A stretch of 62,955 bases of DNA, filler included, from Deltaproteobacteria bacterium (GCA_030698575.1; 7 parts of 7 records of this genome joined end to end with filler, not necessarily neighbours in it), one strand, 5' to 3'. Shown: positions 34,329 through 42,509, counted from the whole stretch's first letter. A program made the numbers and translations. Notes: generated from the sequence alone by a model not told the origin.

Positions 34329-34460
34329 TGTCATTGCGAGGCCCGAGGTCCCGCGCGAAGCGCGGGCCGAGAGAATCGTAACGACAGAGCGACGAAGCAA
34401 TCTCCCGGCATGCGCGCAGGGGATTGCTTCGTCGGGCCTACGGCCCTCCTCGCAATGACA
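34329..34460. repeat. GTCATTGCGAG/GAAGCAATC palindromic repeat (REP-like), copy 1
   Basis: TGTCATTGCGAG...GCGACGAAGCAATC...GATTGCTTCGTC...CTCGCAATGACA, between convergent genes. Confidence 0.85.
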
Positions 34461-34468
34461 TGCGGGTT

Positions 34469-35431
34469 TCAGACAGGCGGAGCGCCGGCGCGTTCGGCGA
34501 TGGCGGCGGCGCGCTCGGCGGCCGGCGAATCACCCCGGGCGCGGAACTCGCTGGCGATTCGCTGGGCGACGCGGCCGATCTCGGGAAGCAGCGCGCGTGA
34601 CTCCACGCTGAGACCCTGCCGATCGGTAATCTCCTCGAAGGCATCCAGCGCCTCCCCAAGCTCACCGGCGTAGAAGAGCGACATCCCCCGCGAAAACGAG
34701 AGCAGCGACGGCAGTGCCGGGTCACCGAAGCCCGCCTCGATGCTGCGGAGGAAACACTCCTGCGCGCGGCCGTAGCGCGCACTCTCGAGATAACTCCGGC
34801 CCGTCGCCGCGAAACTCTGCCCGCGCCCGGCCGGATAGAGGACGTCGAAGGGGTGATCGCCGGGCTCGTCGCCGAAGATGCGCCCGATAATTAACGGCTG
34901 CTCGTGGAAGAAGCGCAGTAGCAGCCCGTTCGAGCGGAAGTCGGGCAGAAGTGATTTCAGCTGCTCCGTCGCCTCGCGGAACAGATTGTGGGTCTCCTCC
35001 ATCCCCTCGGCGAACCCACGCGCCGCCCGCTTCAAAATCGTATGGAGCTGCTGGAGGAAGTCCTCCTCGTTCTTCGTGCGCTCCGCCTTCGACTCGAGCG
35101 CCCTCCCCTGCTGGCCGTACACCTGAAGCTGGTAGAGGTTCTCGCGGAGCTTCATGGCCTCGTGAAAGATAGTGCCGATGGTGAGATCGAAGAGCTGCTC
35201 CTTCTCGATGGCGGCCGAGGTGTCGCGGCGGAACAGCGCGTGACAGCTCTGCTTGGCCTCGAAGAGAATGCTCTTTCCCTTGTCGTCGATGAAGGGCTCG
35301 ATATCCTCGAAGGTCAGATTGTCCTGGCGGTAGGCGCCGTAGATCTCCTCGAAGCGCGCCGCGGCCGAAAGATAGGCCGACACGACCTCGACCATTCTCC
35401 GTTGTCGTTCGCGTTTCTCCCGGTCGAACAT
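34469..35431 (-). CDS. hypothetical protein with C-terminal TPR-like helices
   Basis: 320-aa ORF in phase with the MaoC operon; LFDLTIGTIFHEAMKLRENLYQL core. Confidence 0.7.
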   Translation of the reverse strand: MFDREKRERQRRMVEVVSAYLSAAARFEEIYGAYRQDNLTFEDIEPFIDDKGKSILFEAKQSCHALFRRDTSAAIEKEQLFDLTIGTIFHEAMKLRENLYQLQVYGQQGRALESKAERTKNEEDFLQQLHTILKRAARGFAEGMEETHNLFREATEQLKSLLPDFRSNGLLLRFFHEQPLIIGRIFGDEPGDHPFDVLYPAGRGQSFAATGRSYLESARYGRAQECFLRSIEAGFGDPALPSLLSFSRGMSLFYAGELGEALDAFEEITDRQGLSVESRALLPEIGRVAQRIASEFRARGDSPAAERAAAIAERAGAPPV

Positions 35432-35438
35432 CGCGCGG

Positions 35439-35873
35439 CTATCCCTTCGAGGGGAGCGCCACCACGCCCTCGCCCTTCGTCGTGACCGTCCCCTTCTGGG
35501 TGGTCGTCTGGATTTCACAAAGCACGCGGTTCTCGCCGTCTTCCTGGTACTTCTTCACGATCTTCCCGGCCGCCACGACCTCGTCGCCCGGCTCGGTCAT
35601 GGCTGTGAAGCGCACGCTCACCTTCCGCACGTTCTGGAGCCCCGCCCAGCCCGCCAGGAACTGCCCGGCGAAGCCCATCGAGAGCATGCCGTGGGCGATG
35701 ACACCGTTCGGCATGCCGGCCATCTGCGCGAAGCCGTCATCGGTGTGAAGCAGGTTGTAGTCGTGGCTCGCGCCGGCGTACTGCAGGAGCTGCACCTTCG
35801 TGATCCCCGGCTGCGTCGCCGGGGGTATCTCGTCGCCCTCGTTCACGTCTTCGAAGTAGATCTTATCGGCCAT
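35439..35873 (-). CDS. MaoC-like (hot-dog) dehydratase, catalytic subunit
   Basis: YAGASHDYNLLHTD...IAHGMLSMG hydratase motif. Confidence 0.9.
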   Translation of the reverse strand: MADKIYFEDVNEGDEIPPATQPGITKVQLLQYAGASHDYNLLHTDDGFAQMAGMPNGVIAHGMLSMGFAGQFLAGWAGLQNVRKVSVRFTAMTEPGDEVVAAGKIVKKYQEDGENRVLCEIQTTTQKGTVTTKGEGVVALPSKG

Positions 35874-35895
35874 CGGTGGTTTCTCCTCGGGCGAA

Positions 35896-35931
35896 GGGGA
35901 TTGCTTCGTCGCGCCGCTCCTCGCAATGACA
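35896..35931. repeat. half copy of the GTCATTGCGAG repeat
   Basis: GGGGATTGCTTCGTCGCGCCGCTCCTCGCAATGACA between the two MaoC genes. Confidence 0.8.
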
Positions 35932-35942
35932 TGCGCGCCCTG

Positions 35943-36386
35943 TCAGGGCCGCTGGATGATCGTCGAGCGGCCGACGAAGGCGACGGAGCCGTCGGGGCGG
36001 CGCCCGGTCGACTCGGTCTTGACCATGATCATCGCGCCGCTCTTCCCTTCCTTGGTGTAGATGTCCGCCACCCGGCTCTTGATCCGGAGCACGTCGCCCG
36101 CGACGAGCGGCTTTGGCGCCTCGTACTCCTGCGAGCCGTGGACCAGCTTCGTGAAGTCGAAGCCGACCTTGTCACGGAGCTTCGCGTCCTGCGCGTCGCG
36201 GAAGGTTGTCGGAAAGGTCGGCGGCGCCGGCACGTCGGCAAAACCCGCCGCCTTCGCGGCCTCCCGGTCGAAATAGATCGGGTTCTTCTCGCCGAGCGCC
36301 AGTGCGAACCACTTGATCGACACACGATCGACCTCGTGCACGGTCTCCTCGGTTTCGAACCCCACGCTGTCCATGTTGATGCTCAT
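35943..36386 (-). CDS. MaoC N-terminal / FAS1-like dehydratase partner subunit (HadA-like)
   Basis: IKWFALALGEKNPIYFD, APPTF and LVHGSQEYE; lies upstream of a HadB-like gene. Confidence 0.88.
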   Translation of the reverse strand: MSINMDSVGFETEETVHEVDRVSIKWFALALGEKNPIYFDREAAKAAGFADVPAPPTFPTTFRDAQDAKLRDKVGFDFTKLVHGSQEYEAPKPLVAGDVLRIKSRVADIYTKEGKSGAMIMVKTESTGRRPDGSVAFVGRSTIIQRP

Positions 36387-36427
36387 CGGGTTACGACTCC
36401 TTCCTTGGTGATCCTGCGTAAACTTCC

Positions 36428-36565
36428 CATGTCATTGCGAGGAGCGAAGCGACGAAGCAATCCCCTCGATGACGCCACCGGTGCCAAGCTCGGAGGGGAT
36501 TGCTTCGTCGGGGCTACGCCCCTCCTCGCAATGACATGCGGCGGTCCTCCTCGCAATGACATGCG
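36428..36565. repeat. GTCATTGCGAG repeat, full copy plus an extra CTCCTCGCAATGACATGCG unit
   Basis: CATGTCATTGCGAGGAGCGAAGCGACGAAGCAATCCCCTC...GAGGGGATTGCTTCGTC...CTCCTCGCAATGACATGCG, with the last unit present twice. Confidence 0.85.
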
Positions 36566-36568
36566 GGT

Positions 36569-36655
36569 TCAGATGCCCAGGCTCGCGCCCTGCGACTTGA
36601 GCTTGTCCTGGAGTTTCTTCACGTCGAGATCCCGCGGCGAGATGCCCGCGGCCAC
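36569..36655 (-). CDS. C-terminal fragment, possibly FAD-dependent oxidoreductase
   Basis: Manual translation VAAGISPRDLDVKKLQDKLKSQGASLGI*, resembling C-termini of that family; only 28 aa visible. Confidence 0.5.
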   Translation of the reverse strand: MAAGISPRDLDVKKLQDKLKSQGASLGI

Positions 36656-36755
36656 NNNNNNNNNNNNNNNNNNNNNNNNNNNNNNNNNNNNNNNNNNNNT
36701 TAATTAATTAANNNNNNNNNNNNNNNNNNNNNNNNNNNNNNNNNNNNNNNNNNNN
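36656..36755. other. artificial contig spacer
   Basis: N-run + TTAATTAATTAA + N-run. Confidence 0.98.
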
Positions 36756-37106
36756 GCGCGCGGCACGGACCTGCGTCGCCTTGGCTTGCTCCGCGCTGCT
36801 GTTGTCCCGCTTGATCTCGGCGAGCACGCGAAGATGTTCCAGCCGCTTCTCCAGTGGGAGGGTTCGCAAGTCATCAAACGGCTGATCATAAATCGCGAAG
36901 TCAGTCCGGAAGGAATTGCGGCCCGCATTTCCAATTTTGAACAATGTGGTTTCAACGCCGAAATTATCCTTGGGATATCGACGCTGAATTAAATATCGAA
37001 TCGCGTCGATACGCTGCTTTTCTTCGGTGAACGTAAGTTGATCTGCGGCGCGCTGGCGGACGCGAAGACCTCCTCGGATCGGACAATGCAGTAGCGCTGC
37101 TTCCAC
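36756..37106 (-). CDS. HsdR N-terminal-like restriction endonuclease domain (start of a type I/IIG RM gene; 3' cut)
   Basis: TEEKQR...YPKDNFGVE...RTDFAIYD...LAEIKR gives an E..D..ExK PD-(D/E)xK pattern; locally AT-richer DNA. Confidence 0.65.
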
Positions 37107-37560
37107 GGCACCCCTCCCCCCGACTGCTATCGATCAATCAATACCAAGCCGAGACGGGTTGCACCAGGGTGAAACTGGCCGCGTGGGCTACGCGGGGGAG
37201 GGGGGGGGCAGAAGGCAGGCAAGATTGGCTGAATACTTCGTTCAACCCGACCGCTCGGAGATGGCAGAGCGGGGGGCCGCCCCCGTGCTCGGACGTTGGG
37301 ACCGCAGGGCGCCGCCACCGTCGTCGCCCGCGCGATTAATGTGCTATAGTTCGTTGTCCGGATTCGCTTTTTGCAGGCGACCCAACTGGTTCCATTAGCC
37401 TGTGGTCCCTCTGCCCTCAGGGCAGGTCGCCGGACACCACCGCTCCCGCCTCCGTCCTGCTACGCACGGAGGGCGCTCCAGGCGCAGCACGTTGTCATGA
37501 GGGCAATCAAGCCGAGGCCGCTGGCGTGCCAGTGATCATGGTCGAGCAGCAGGAGGTGTC

Positions 37561-37809
37561 GTGAGCGACCGCGGCAAACCCGTTCGGCCGCATCGGCGGC
37601 TCACGCCCGAAGAGCGGCTCGACTTGGCCGAGCAACTACATCATCGAGCTATGAGCGATCCTGCGTTGACACCAGATCAGCGACGCGAGCTACACCGCAA
37701 GGCAACCAATCTCGAGCGGATCACCATCTACAAGCTCTGGGCCACTGATCCGCCCAAAAACTTCGACTGGCCCTACGGTTCCCACGGTTGGCCAAACCGG
37801 CGCCTCTGA
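37561..37809 (+). CDS. hypothetical protein
   Basis: AGGAGGT RBS before GTG; 82 aa; no motif recognised. Confidence 0.45.
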   Translation: MSDRGKPVRPHRRLTPEERLDLAEQLHHRAMSDPALTPDQRRELHRKATNLERITIYKLWATDPPKNFDWPYGSHGWPNRRL

Positions 37810-38132
37810 TCACGTTGACCGTTGAATGCGGGGGGCAGATAATCGTCTCAACCTGACCACTCGGAGCTGATAGAGCGGGCGGGCCGACCCCGATGGACCA
37901 GATGGACCCTGTGCTTGCTCCGGCGAGGCCATCGAACCAAGACATCGGGGCACCGCCGCCATCGTCACCCGGTCCCTGACCAGTATGCGCAGATGCCCCG
38001 GTGCCGATGGGCTGGAAAGCCACGCGGGAGTGCTTATCCCGCGCGAGGCTACCAGCCAGGCGGTGCGTCTGGGGCGCCGGCTGGCAACCCCCGCCGGGAA
38101 TTGGACCCGGCCGTGAGCGGTACCAGTCGGGG

Positions 38133-38282
38133 CTATTTCTTTTCCGATTCCTGCTTAGGTATTAGCCGCTTCGGCGGTACGATCTTGTGCATCGCCTGAT
38201 TGAACCGCTCCCAGGCATCGGGGGCGGTTTCGACGCTCTCCAGTTCCTTGCGTTTGGTCTTTCTAGCTGCGGGCTTTGCCAT
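38133..38282 (-). CDS. small basic hypothetical protein (49 aa)
   Basis: MAKPAARKTKRKELESVETAPDAWERFNQAMHKIVPPKRLIPKQESEKK; divergent from the HEPN-like ORF. Confidence 0.5.
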   Translation of the reverse strand: MAKPAARKTKRKELESVETAPDAWERFNQAMHKIVPPKRLIPKQESEKK

Positions 38283-38296
38283 GCCGGGAGAATACC

Positions 38297-38797
38297 ATGA
38301 CTGAACCGAAATCGCGACCCATCGACCCCGAAATCCTGCAAGAGCTCGGGCAGTTCGTTGTGTTCTGGGGACTGCTTGAAGGCATCGTTGCCGACCTGTT
38401 TGTCGCGACGATCTCGTCCGATATCGGCAACCTATTCGTCGTGACGAAAAGCGTATCTGCCAGCACAATCAGCGGGTGGATCCGAACGACGATAAACTTT
38501 CGCAAAACGCCTGAAGCGGCCCGTGAGGAAGTCACGTCCATGCTGGATGAGTACGACCGCCTTCGCGGCGAACGTAACGCCCTCATTCACGGAATGTGGG
38601 GGACCGATAAGTCAGGCCCCGGTACCGTCATGGTGCAGACCATCCGTCTCGATCGAGCGGTTCCAGCAGTTGACACCCTGATAACGGCTAGTGACCTCCG
38701 CGACCTCATTGATGCAACGCTGGGCCTCTACGTACGAGTCCGAGACTTCATGGGCACCAACGGTCTGGCGCACCGCACTTCCGGCGCCGGGGGCTAA
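38297..38797 (+). CDS. putative HEPN-domain protein
   Basis: All-helical, N-terminal LGQFVVFWGLLE and an Rx4H motif ERNALIHGMW; GGGAG RBS. Confidence 0.55.
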   Translation: MTEPKSRPIDPEILQELGQFVVFWGLLEGIVADLFVATISSDIGNLFVVTKSVSASTISGWIRTTINFRKTPEAAREEVTSMLDEYDRLRGERNALIHGMWGTDKSGPGTVMVQTIRLDRAVPAVDTLITASDLRDLIDATLGLYVRVRDFMGTNGLAHRTSGAGG

Positions 38798-39024
38798 TCG
38801 CCGCATGGCGGTATAAATCTCCGCCACCAGATCAAGATCGCAAATGTCGGGGCGGAAAAGAACGAGCACGCGCTCGCCAGCCTCGACCATCTCGGGCGTG
38901 ATCTCGATTTCCTGGGATTCTGGGCCGTCGGCGGAGGCCATTCGCTTCTGCTTCGTTAAGGTGATATTTGCCCGCCGCGGCAAGGCCGGGCGGGGACAGA
39001 AACTCACACGAACATTTCGGACGT

Positions 39025-39177
39025 TTACGCCGGTTTGGAATCGGGAGCAAGAGAATTTTGATCGCGGAGTTTCTCCAAGAGGCGCCGAAGCGCGGTTCCG
39101 CGATCCTCGACGAGCGTTCGCAGCTCATGCCTGACTTTGTCCGGGATCCTGGTCTTGCCGCTGAGCCAGTCGCGCAT
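39025..39177 (-). CDS. short protein resembling the C-terminal half of an HTH regulator
   Basis: Manual translation MRDWLSGKTRIPDKVRHELRTLVEDRGTALRRLLEKLRDQNSLAPDSKPA*; starts 3 nt after the upstream stop. Confidence 0.4.
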   Translation of the reverse strand: MRDWLSGKTRIPDKVRHELRTLVEDRGTALRRLLEKLRDQNSLAPDSKPA

Positions 39178-39180
39178 GGA

Positions 39181-39414
39181 CTAGCCTACGCGCGCTCGTC
39201 GATACATGCTTAGGTCCCCGCGGCATTCCTTGCGATAGACCACTCGATTGCACGATGAGCAAGTCACGTCGATGGTCATGTCGATCTGCACGCCATCGAC
39301 GTCGCCGTAGTAGCCTACTTCCAAGTCAGCCTTGGCGTAGACCTGCATCATATCGTCCGTCCACGGCGCGCTACAGAACACACAGAGCGGCGGCGGTATC
39401 TTCTCGTCAGCCAT
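39181..39414 (-). CDS. small zinc-ribbon protein
   Basis: CVFC...CSSC; overlaps the upstream ORF stop. Confidence 0.6.
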   Translation of the reverse strand: MADEKIPPPLCVFCSAPWTDDMMQVYAKADLEVGYYGDVDGVQIDMTIDVTCSSCNRVVYRKECRGDLSMYRRARVG

Positions 39415-39796
39415 CGCGTCCCTCGTATTTGGCTTTCAGGGCGGCGCGCTTCTCCGCGTCCATCGCGCTTTGCCACAGTGAAAGCTCGAGCGCGCGTTCC
39501 GACGTGAGCGGATCCAGCCCGCTCTCAGTGACAATTGCGGGCGGCTGATCCGGGCCGGCCACGATCATGCGGCCGCCGTAGGAGAAGATGCGGGTGCCGG
39601 GCGGGAGAGTGGCGACCGTGGTGAACCCGCTACGCCGGTTTTCTTCCCGCCAGCGTGACGAGTGGCGGGAGACATCGGTCCGCCAAGTCCAATACTCCCG
39701 CGCGCCGCACTCGCTGCACCGGAGATCGTCGCTGTTGATCAACTCGCGCTCGGTCAGAATTTGGTGCCAATTGGCGCAGATAAAGGTCGAGGCCAT
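39407..39796 (-). CDS. phage-like hypothetical protein with Cys motifs
   Basis: FICANW...RCSECG; part of the coupled ORF chain. Confidence 0.55.
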   Translation of the reverse strand: MASTFICANWHQILTERELINSDDLRCSECGAREYWTWRTDVSRHSSRWREENRRSGFTTVATLPPGTRIFSYGGRMIVAGPDQPPAIVTESGLDPLTSERALELSLWQSAMDAEKRAALKAKYEGRDG

Positions 39797-39846
39797 CTAA
39801 GCCGCTGCCTCGAACTTGTCGAGAAGGTGTTTTGAGACTAGGGCCA

Positions 39847-40020
39847 TCACTTCCTCCCGGCTTCGGCCGGCTGCACATCGACCGTCTCGTCGGCCGCAGC
39901 CCAATAAAACTCTGGAAAGGCTTCGTTGAGCTGATCCACAAGATTACCAACGCACACGGAGCAACTGTGGTCAGCCGTCGCTACGATACTGGCGACCTTC
40001 TGTGCTTCATCGAGCGTCAT
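39847..40020 (-). CDS. small CxxC protein (57 aa)
   Basis: Manual translation MTLDEAQKVASIVATADHSCSVCVGNLVDQLNEAFPEFYW...; ATGA overlap with the upstream ORF. Confidence 0.55.
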   Translation of the reverse strand: MTLDEAQKVASIVATADHSCSVCVGNLVDQLNEAFPEFYWAAADETVDVQPAEAGRK

Positions 40021-40409
40021 GGCTTCCTCCCGAGGGCGGCGTCGATCATGGCGCGCCAGATCGCCAGCGTTGCATTTCGTTCTGGCGTGTATGGACCCCG
40101 GAGAGATTCCCTGAGGCTTTCAACGCCGGCTAGAACGGCCGGGCCGATGAACATCCCCTCGGTCGGCTCCCGCGGCACGATCACCAAGCCAGCATCCTTC
40201 AATGCGGCTTCGTAGGCCTCTATGGCGGCGACGGCCAGTTCAAGATCGCGCCGGGGCTCCGGCTCGGCAGCCGAGTCCTCGCCGAATATCTTTACGAGAG
40301 CGCGATGGCGATCATGAAGAACACGGGTCATGCCGTCGACCACGCGCTCGAGCATGTCAGTGGGCGGTACGGGGCTCTTGTCGTTGCCGTCAGAGGAATT
40401 TGTGCTCAT
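40017..40409 (-). CDS. phage-like hypothetical protein
   Basis: VIVPREPTEGM...IWRAMIDAAL motif, which I recall from small alphaproteobacterial phage proteins; AGGAG RBS. Confidence 0.65.
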   Translation of the reverse strand: MSTNSSDGNDKSPVPPTDMLERVVDGMTRVLHDRHRALVKIFGEDSAAEPEPRRDLELAVAAIEAYEAALKDAGLVIVPREPTEGMFIGPAVLAGVESLRESLRGPYTPERNATLAIWRAMIDAALGRKP

Positions 40410-40439
40410 GGTTCATCTCCTGGGGAGAGGGGCGGCGGG

Positions 40440-40673
40440 CTACTGCGTCCGTAGAGGCTGAGGACTTTCATCGTCGCCTTCGATCGCCGGCGGGGGCAGG
40501 TATCGCCCGTCTCCGCGGCGCTGGAGCATGGCATCGACCTCATGCGCCTTAACGATGACCGCGCCGGCCCTTACGATGGCGTGCGCGTCATCTGCCAGCA
40601 TGGACCGAGCCTTAACCGACTCCATCACATTTTCCATCTCGAAGACGACACGCTTAAGCTTTTCATTCTGCAT
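40440..40673 (-). CDS. hypothetical protein
   Basis: 77 aa; overlaps the end of the Cys-rich ORF. Confidence 0.55.
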   Translation of the reverse strand: MQNEKLKRVVFEMENVMESVKARSMLADDAHAIVRAGAVIVKAHEVDAMLQRRGDGRYLPPPAIEGDDESPQPLRTQ

Positions 40674-41388
40674 GGCTTTCTTCCGTCTGTTTCAGAACAC
40701 GTTGCGCAGATATGACCGCAATGTGCGCGGCCAACAATTCTTTCGGGACCTCGCTTGGCTTAACGCCGATTCTGCGCGCCAAGTTCGCTTGGACGCCGTA
40801 ATTTTTACGGCACGATTTACACCACACACTTAACCGGTCGGCGCTTTCTTTGTGAGGAGAAAACTGGTTCCGGATCTTGGACTCCCCACATCTGCGGCAG
40901 ACCTTCTGCGGCGACTGCGTTCGTGAGAAACGATGGTTATCCCAACGGCATTTGACGCAGCCTTGCGAGAGGCCGCCCGTCAAAGTGGGGCCAATTATTG
41001 CTTTCTCGACGCCACACCGACATCTGCAAATCCATTTATAGCCGGTGGCCCGACGCAGGACGGTCCACTTGCCGAATGTGCGTCCGGCCAAATTGATTCG
41101 ACGCGAATTTCCGGCACAGAGATAGCCACAAAAGCGGCGCTTTGGCTGGTAGGGCGAACACAGGAATTTGGCGCCGCAATAGGAGCATGTTTTCTGAACA
41201 TCCGGCCGCCGGCGCTTGCCCGCTCGAATGCAGGCAAAGCATATGGCTTTTCGCCCGGCCCGAAGATCTGTGCCGTTAACAATGCCCTCCGCGCCACATT
41301 CGCAGCGACAAAGCCACAGGCCATGACGTACGCGCCGAATGGCTGTCCGGCTCCCGAACACTTGACCCGATATATCAATCACGCCCAC
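40663..41388 (-). CDS. multi-zinc-finger Cys-rich phage protein (homing-endonuclease-like DNA-binding modules, no evident HNH)
   Basis: Two G..FG..T....W.CRC.CG repeats, CSYCG..RFCGYLC and KVCRRCGESK...F...WCKSC; GGAGG RBS. Confidence 0.7.
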   Translation of the reverse strand: MGVIDISGQVFGSRTAIRRVRHGLWLCRCECGAEGIVNGTDLRAGRKAICFACIRAGKRRRPDVQKTCSYCGAKFLCSPYQPKRRFCGYLCAGNSRRINLAGRTFGKWTVLRRATGYKWICRCRCGVEKAIIGPTLTGGLSQGCVKCRWDNHRFSRTQSPQKVCRRCGESKIRNQFSPHKESADRLSVWCKSCRKNYGVQANLARRIGVKPSEVPKELLAAHIAVISAQRVLKQTEESHAE

Positions 41389-41422
41389 GCCTCCGCCATC
41401 GGGTTGTAGTCGCTGCCGTCCA

Positions 41423-41983
41423 TCAGGATGCCCTCCGTTTCTTCCCCGCGACGAACCACTCGGCCAGGGCCGCGAGCCCGGAAAAGAGGGGGGTAGTGTT
41501 GTCGCGCTTGAACACGATGCCGGCGCCGCCGATCGTCAGCGTGGGCCACTTGTCGAACACCACGAGGTTGTCGACGGCGTTCTTGGCCTCGCGCGAGACG
41601 GAGAGGAGAACCGCGGCGGCGACCTCCAAGCGTTCCTTGTTGCGGGCATCGACCTCCTCCGGCCGCTCGTGGCCTGGCTGTCCACCGTCCGGCACCTTGG
41701 GAAAGGGATTGCCGGCGACGGCGCGATACAGTGCGGCGTACTTCAGCCCGGCCTCGTGCTCGTCGTCGGTGATGATCCGATGTGTCAGAAGCGCGTCGAA
41801 CTTCGTCATGGCGTAGGCCGGGATGTTCGGCACCCCGCCTTTCGGCATCCGGCCCATCGCTTCGCGTCGCGCCTCTCCTTCGGGCGTGCCGTGGTCGCGG
41901 GTCGACCGAGACAGCCTTCCCGACGGCTCGCGTGCGCCCGTACTTTTCTTACGCCCCATCTCCGACTCCGTGATGTTGTCCAT
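41423..41983 (-). CDS. DUF6456-like phage protein (putative transcriptional activator)
   Basis: GRKK..GAREPSGRLSR, IITDDEHEAGLKYAALY, AVDNLVVFD and GLAALAEWF; AGGAG RBS. Confidence 0.55.
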   Translation of the reverse strand: MDNITESEMGRKKSTGAREPSGRLSRSTRDHGTPEGEARREAMGRMPKGGVPNIPAYAMTKFDALLTHRIITDDEHEAGLKYAALYRAVAGNPFPKVPDGGQPGHERPEEVDARNKERLEVAAAVLLSVSREAKNAVDNLVVFDKWPTLTIGGAGIVFKRDNTTPLFSGLAALAEWFVAGKKRRAS

Positions 41984-42110
41984 ATGAACTCCTGTGGGTG
42001 GTTTGCGCTCGGCCGCGGTCGATCAGCGGCCGTACCGGCGTCGTTTTGGCGGGACTGGCGTCCGTCATGGGCTGTGTACTCCGAGCAGGGCGTTCAACGT
42101 GGCGCCAACG

Positions 42111-42311
42111 CTAATGCCAGCGAAAGAGACCGCCGTGATCTTCCGTTGAACAGAAGGCTACGGCGGCGCTTTCGTTTTCAGCGCCGTTTGGGATCACGAT
42201 TTTCACTTCGCTGAGCACCTTCAGGCAGGCTTCCATCGACGGCATTTCCGTGCTCGATTGGAACGTGCCGTGACCGCTGACAATCATCACGATGACGAGG
42301 AACGCGTTCAT
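42111..42311 (-). CDS. small secreted/membrane phage protein
   Basis: MNAFLVIVMIV...MPSMEAC...AFC; AGGAG RBS. Confidence 0.55.
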   Translation of the reverse strand: MNAFLVIVMIVSGHGTFQSSTEMPSMEACLKVLSEVKIVIPNGAENESAAVAFCSTEDHGGLFRWH

Positions 42312-42409
42312 GGCTTTGTGCTCCTGGGTTTCCTGGTTGGCTTACGCGGTTTCTTCGCGGGCCACCACGCGGGCACGCCGTCTCGCCACGTTGGGGATTG
42401 GCCCTGGCG

Positions 42410-42509
42410 NNNNNNNNNNNNNNNNNNNNNNNNNNNNNNNNNNNNNNNNNNNNTTAATTAATTAANNNNNNNNNNNNNNNNNNNNNNNNNNNNNNNNNNN
42501 NNNNNNNNN
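42410..42509. other. artificial contig spacer
   Basis: N-run + TTAATTAATTAA + N-run. Confidence 0.98.

Larger units (their letters stand above)
39025..42409 (-). mobile_element. prophage/phage-like gene cluster fragment
   Basis: Run of short co-oriented, overlapping ORFs with Zn-ribbon, Cys-rich and DUF6456-like proteins; no housekeeping genes. Confidence 0.7.

Noticed and set aside
32482-36565. Palindromic repeats as a CRISPR array
   Set aside because: Inverted orientation, dispersed between genes, no regular unique spacers and no cas genes.
38612-39007. 131-aa minus-strand ORF with EIEITPEMVEAG motif
   Set aside because: The part from 38942 looks like a small phage-type protein, but the ORF overlaps the HEPN-like gene by 186 nt and its boundaries cannot be supported.
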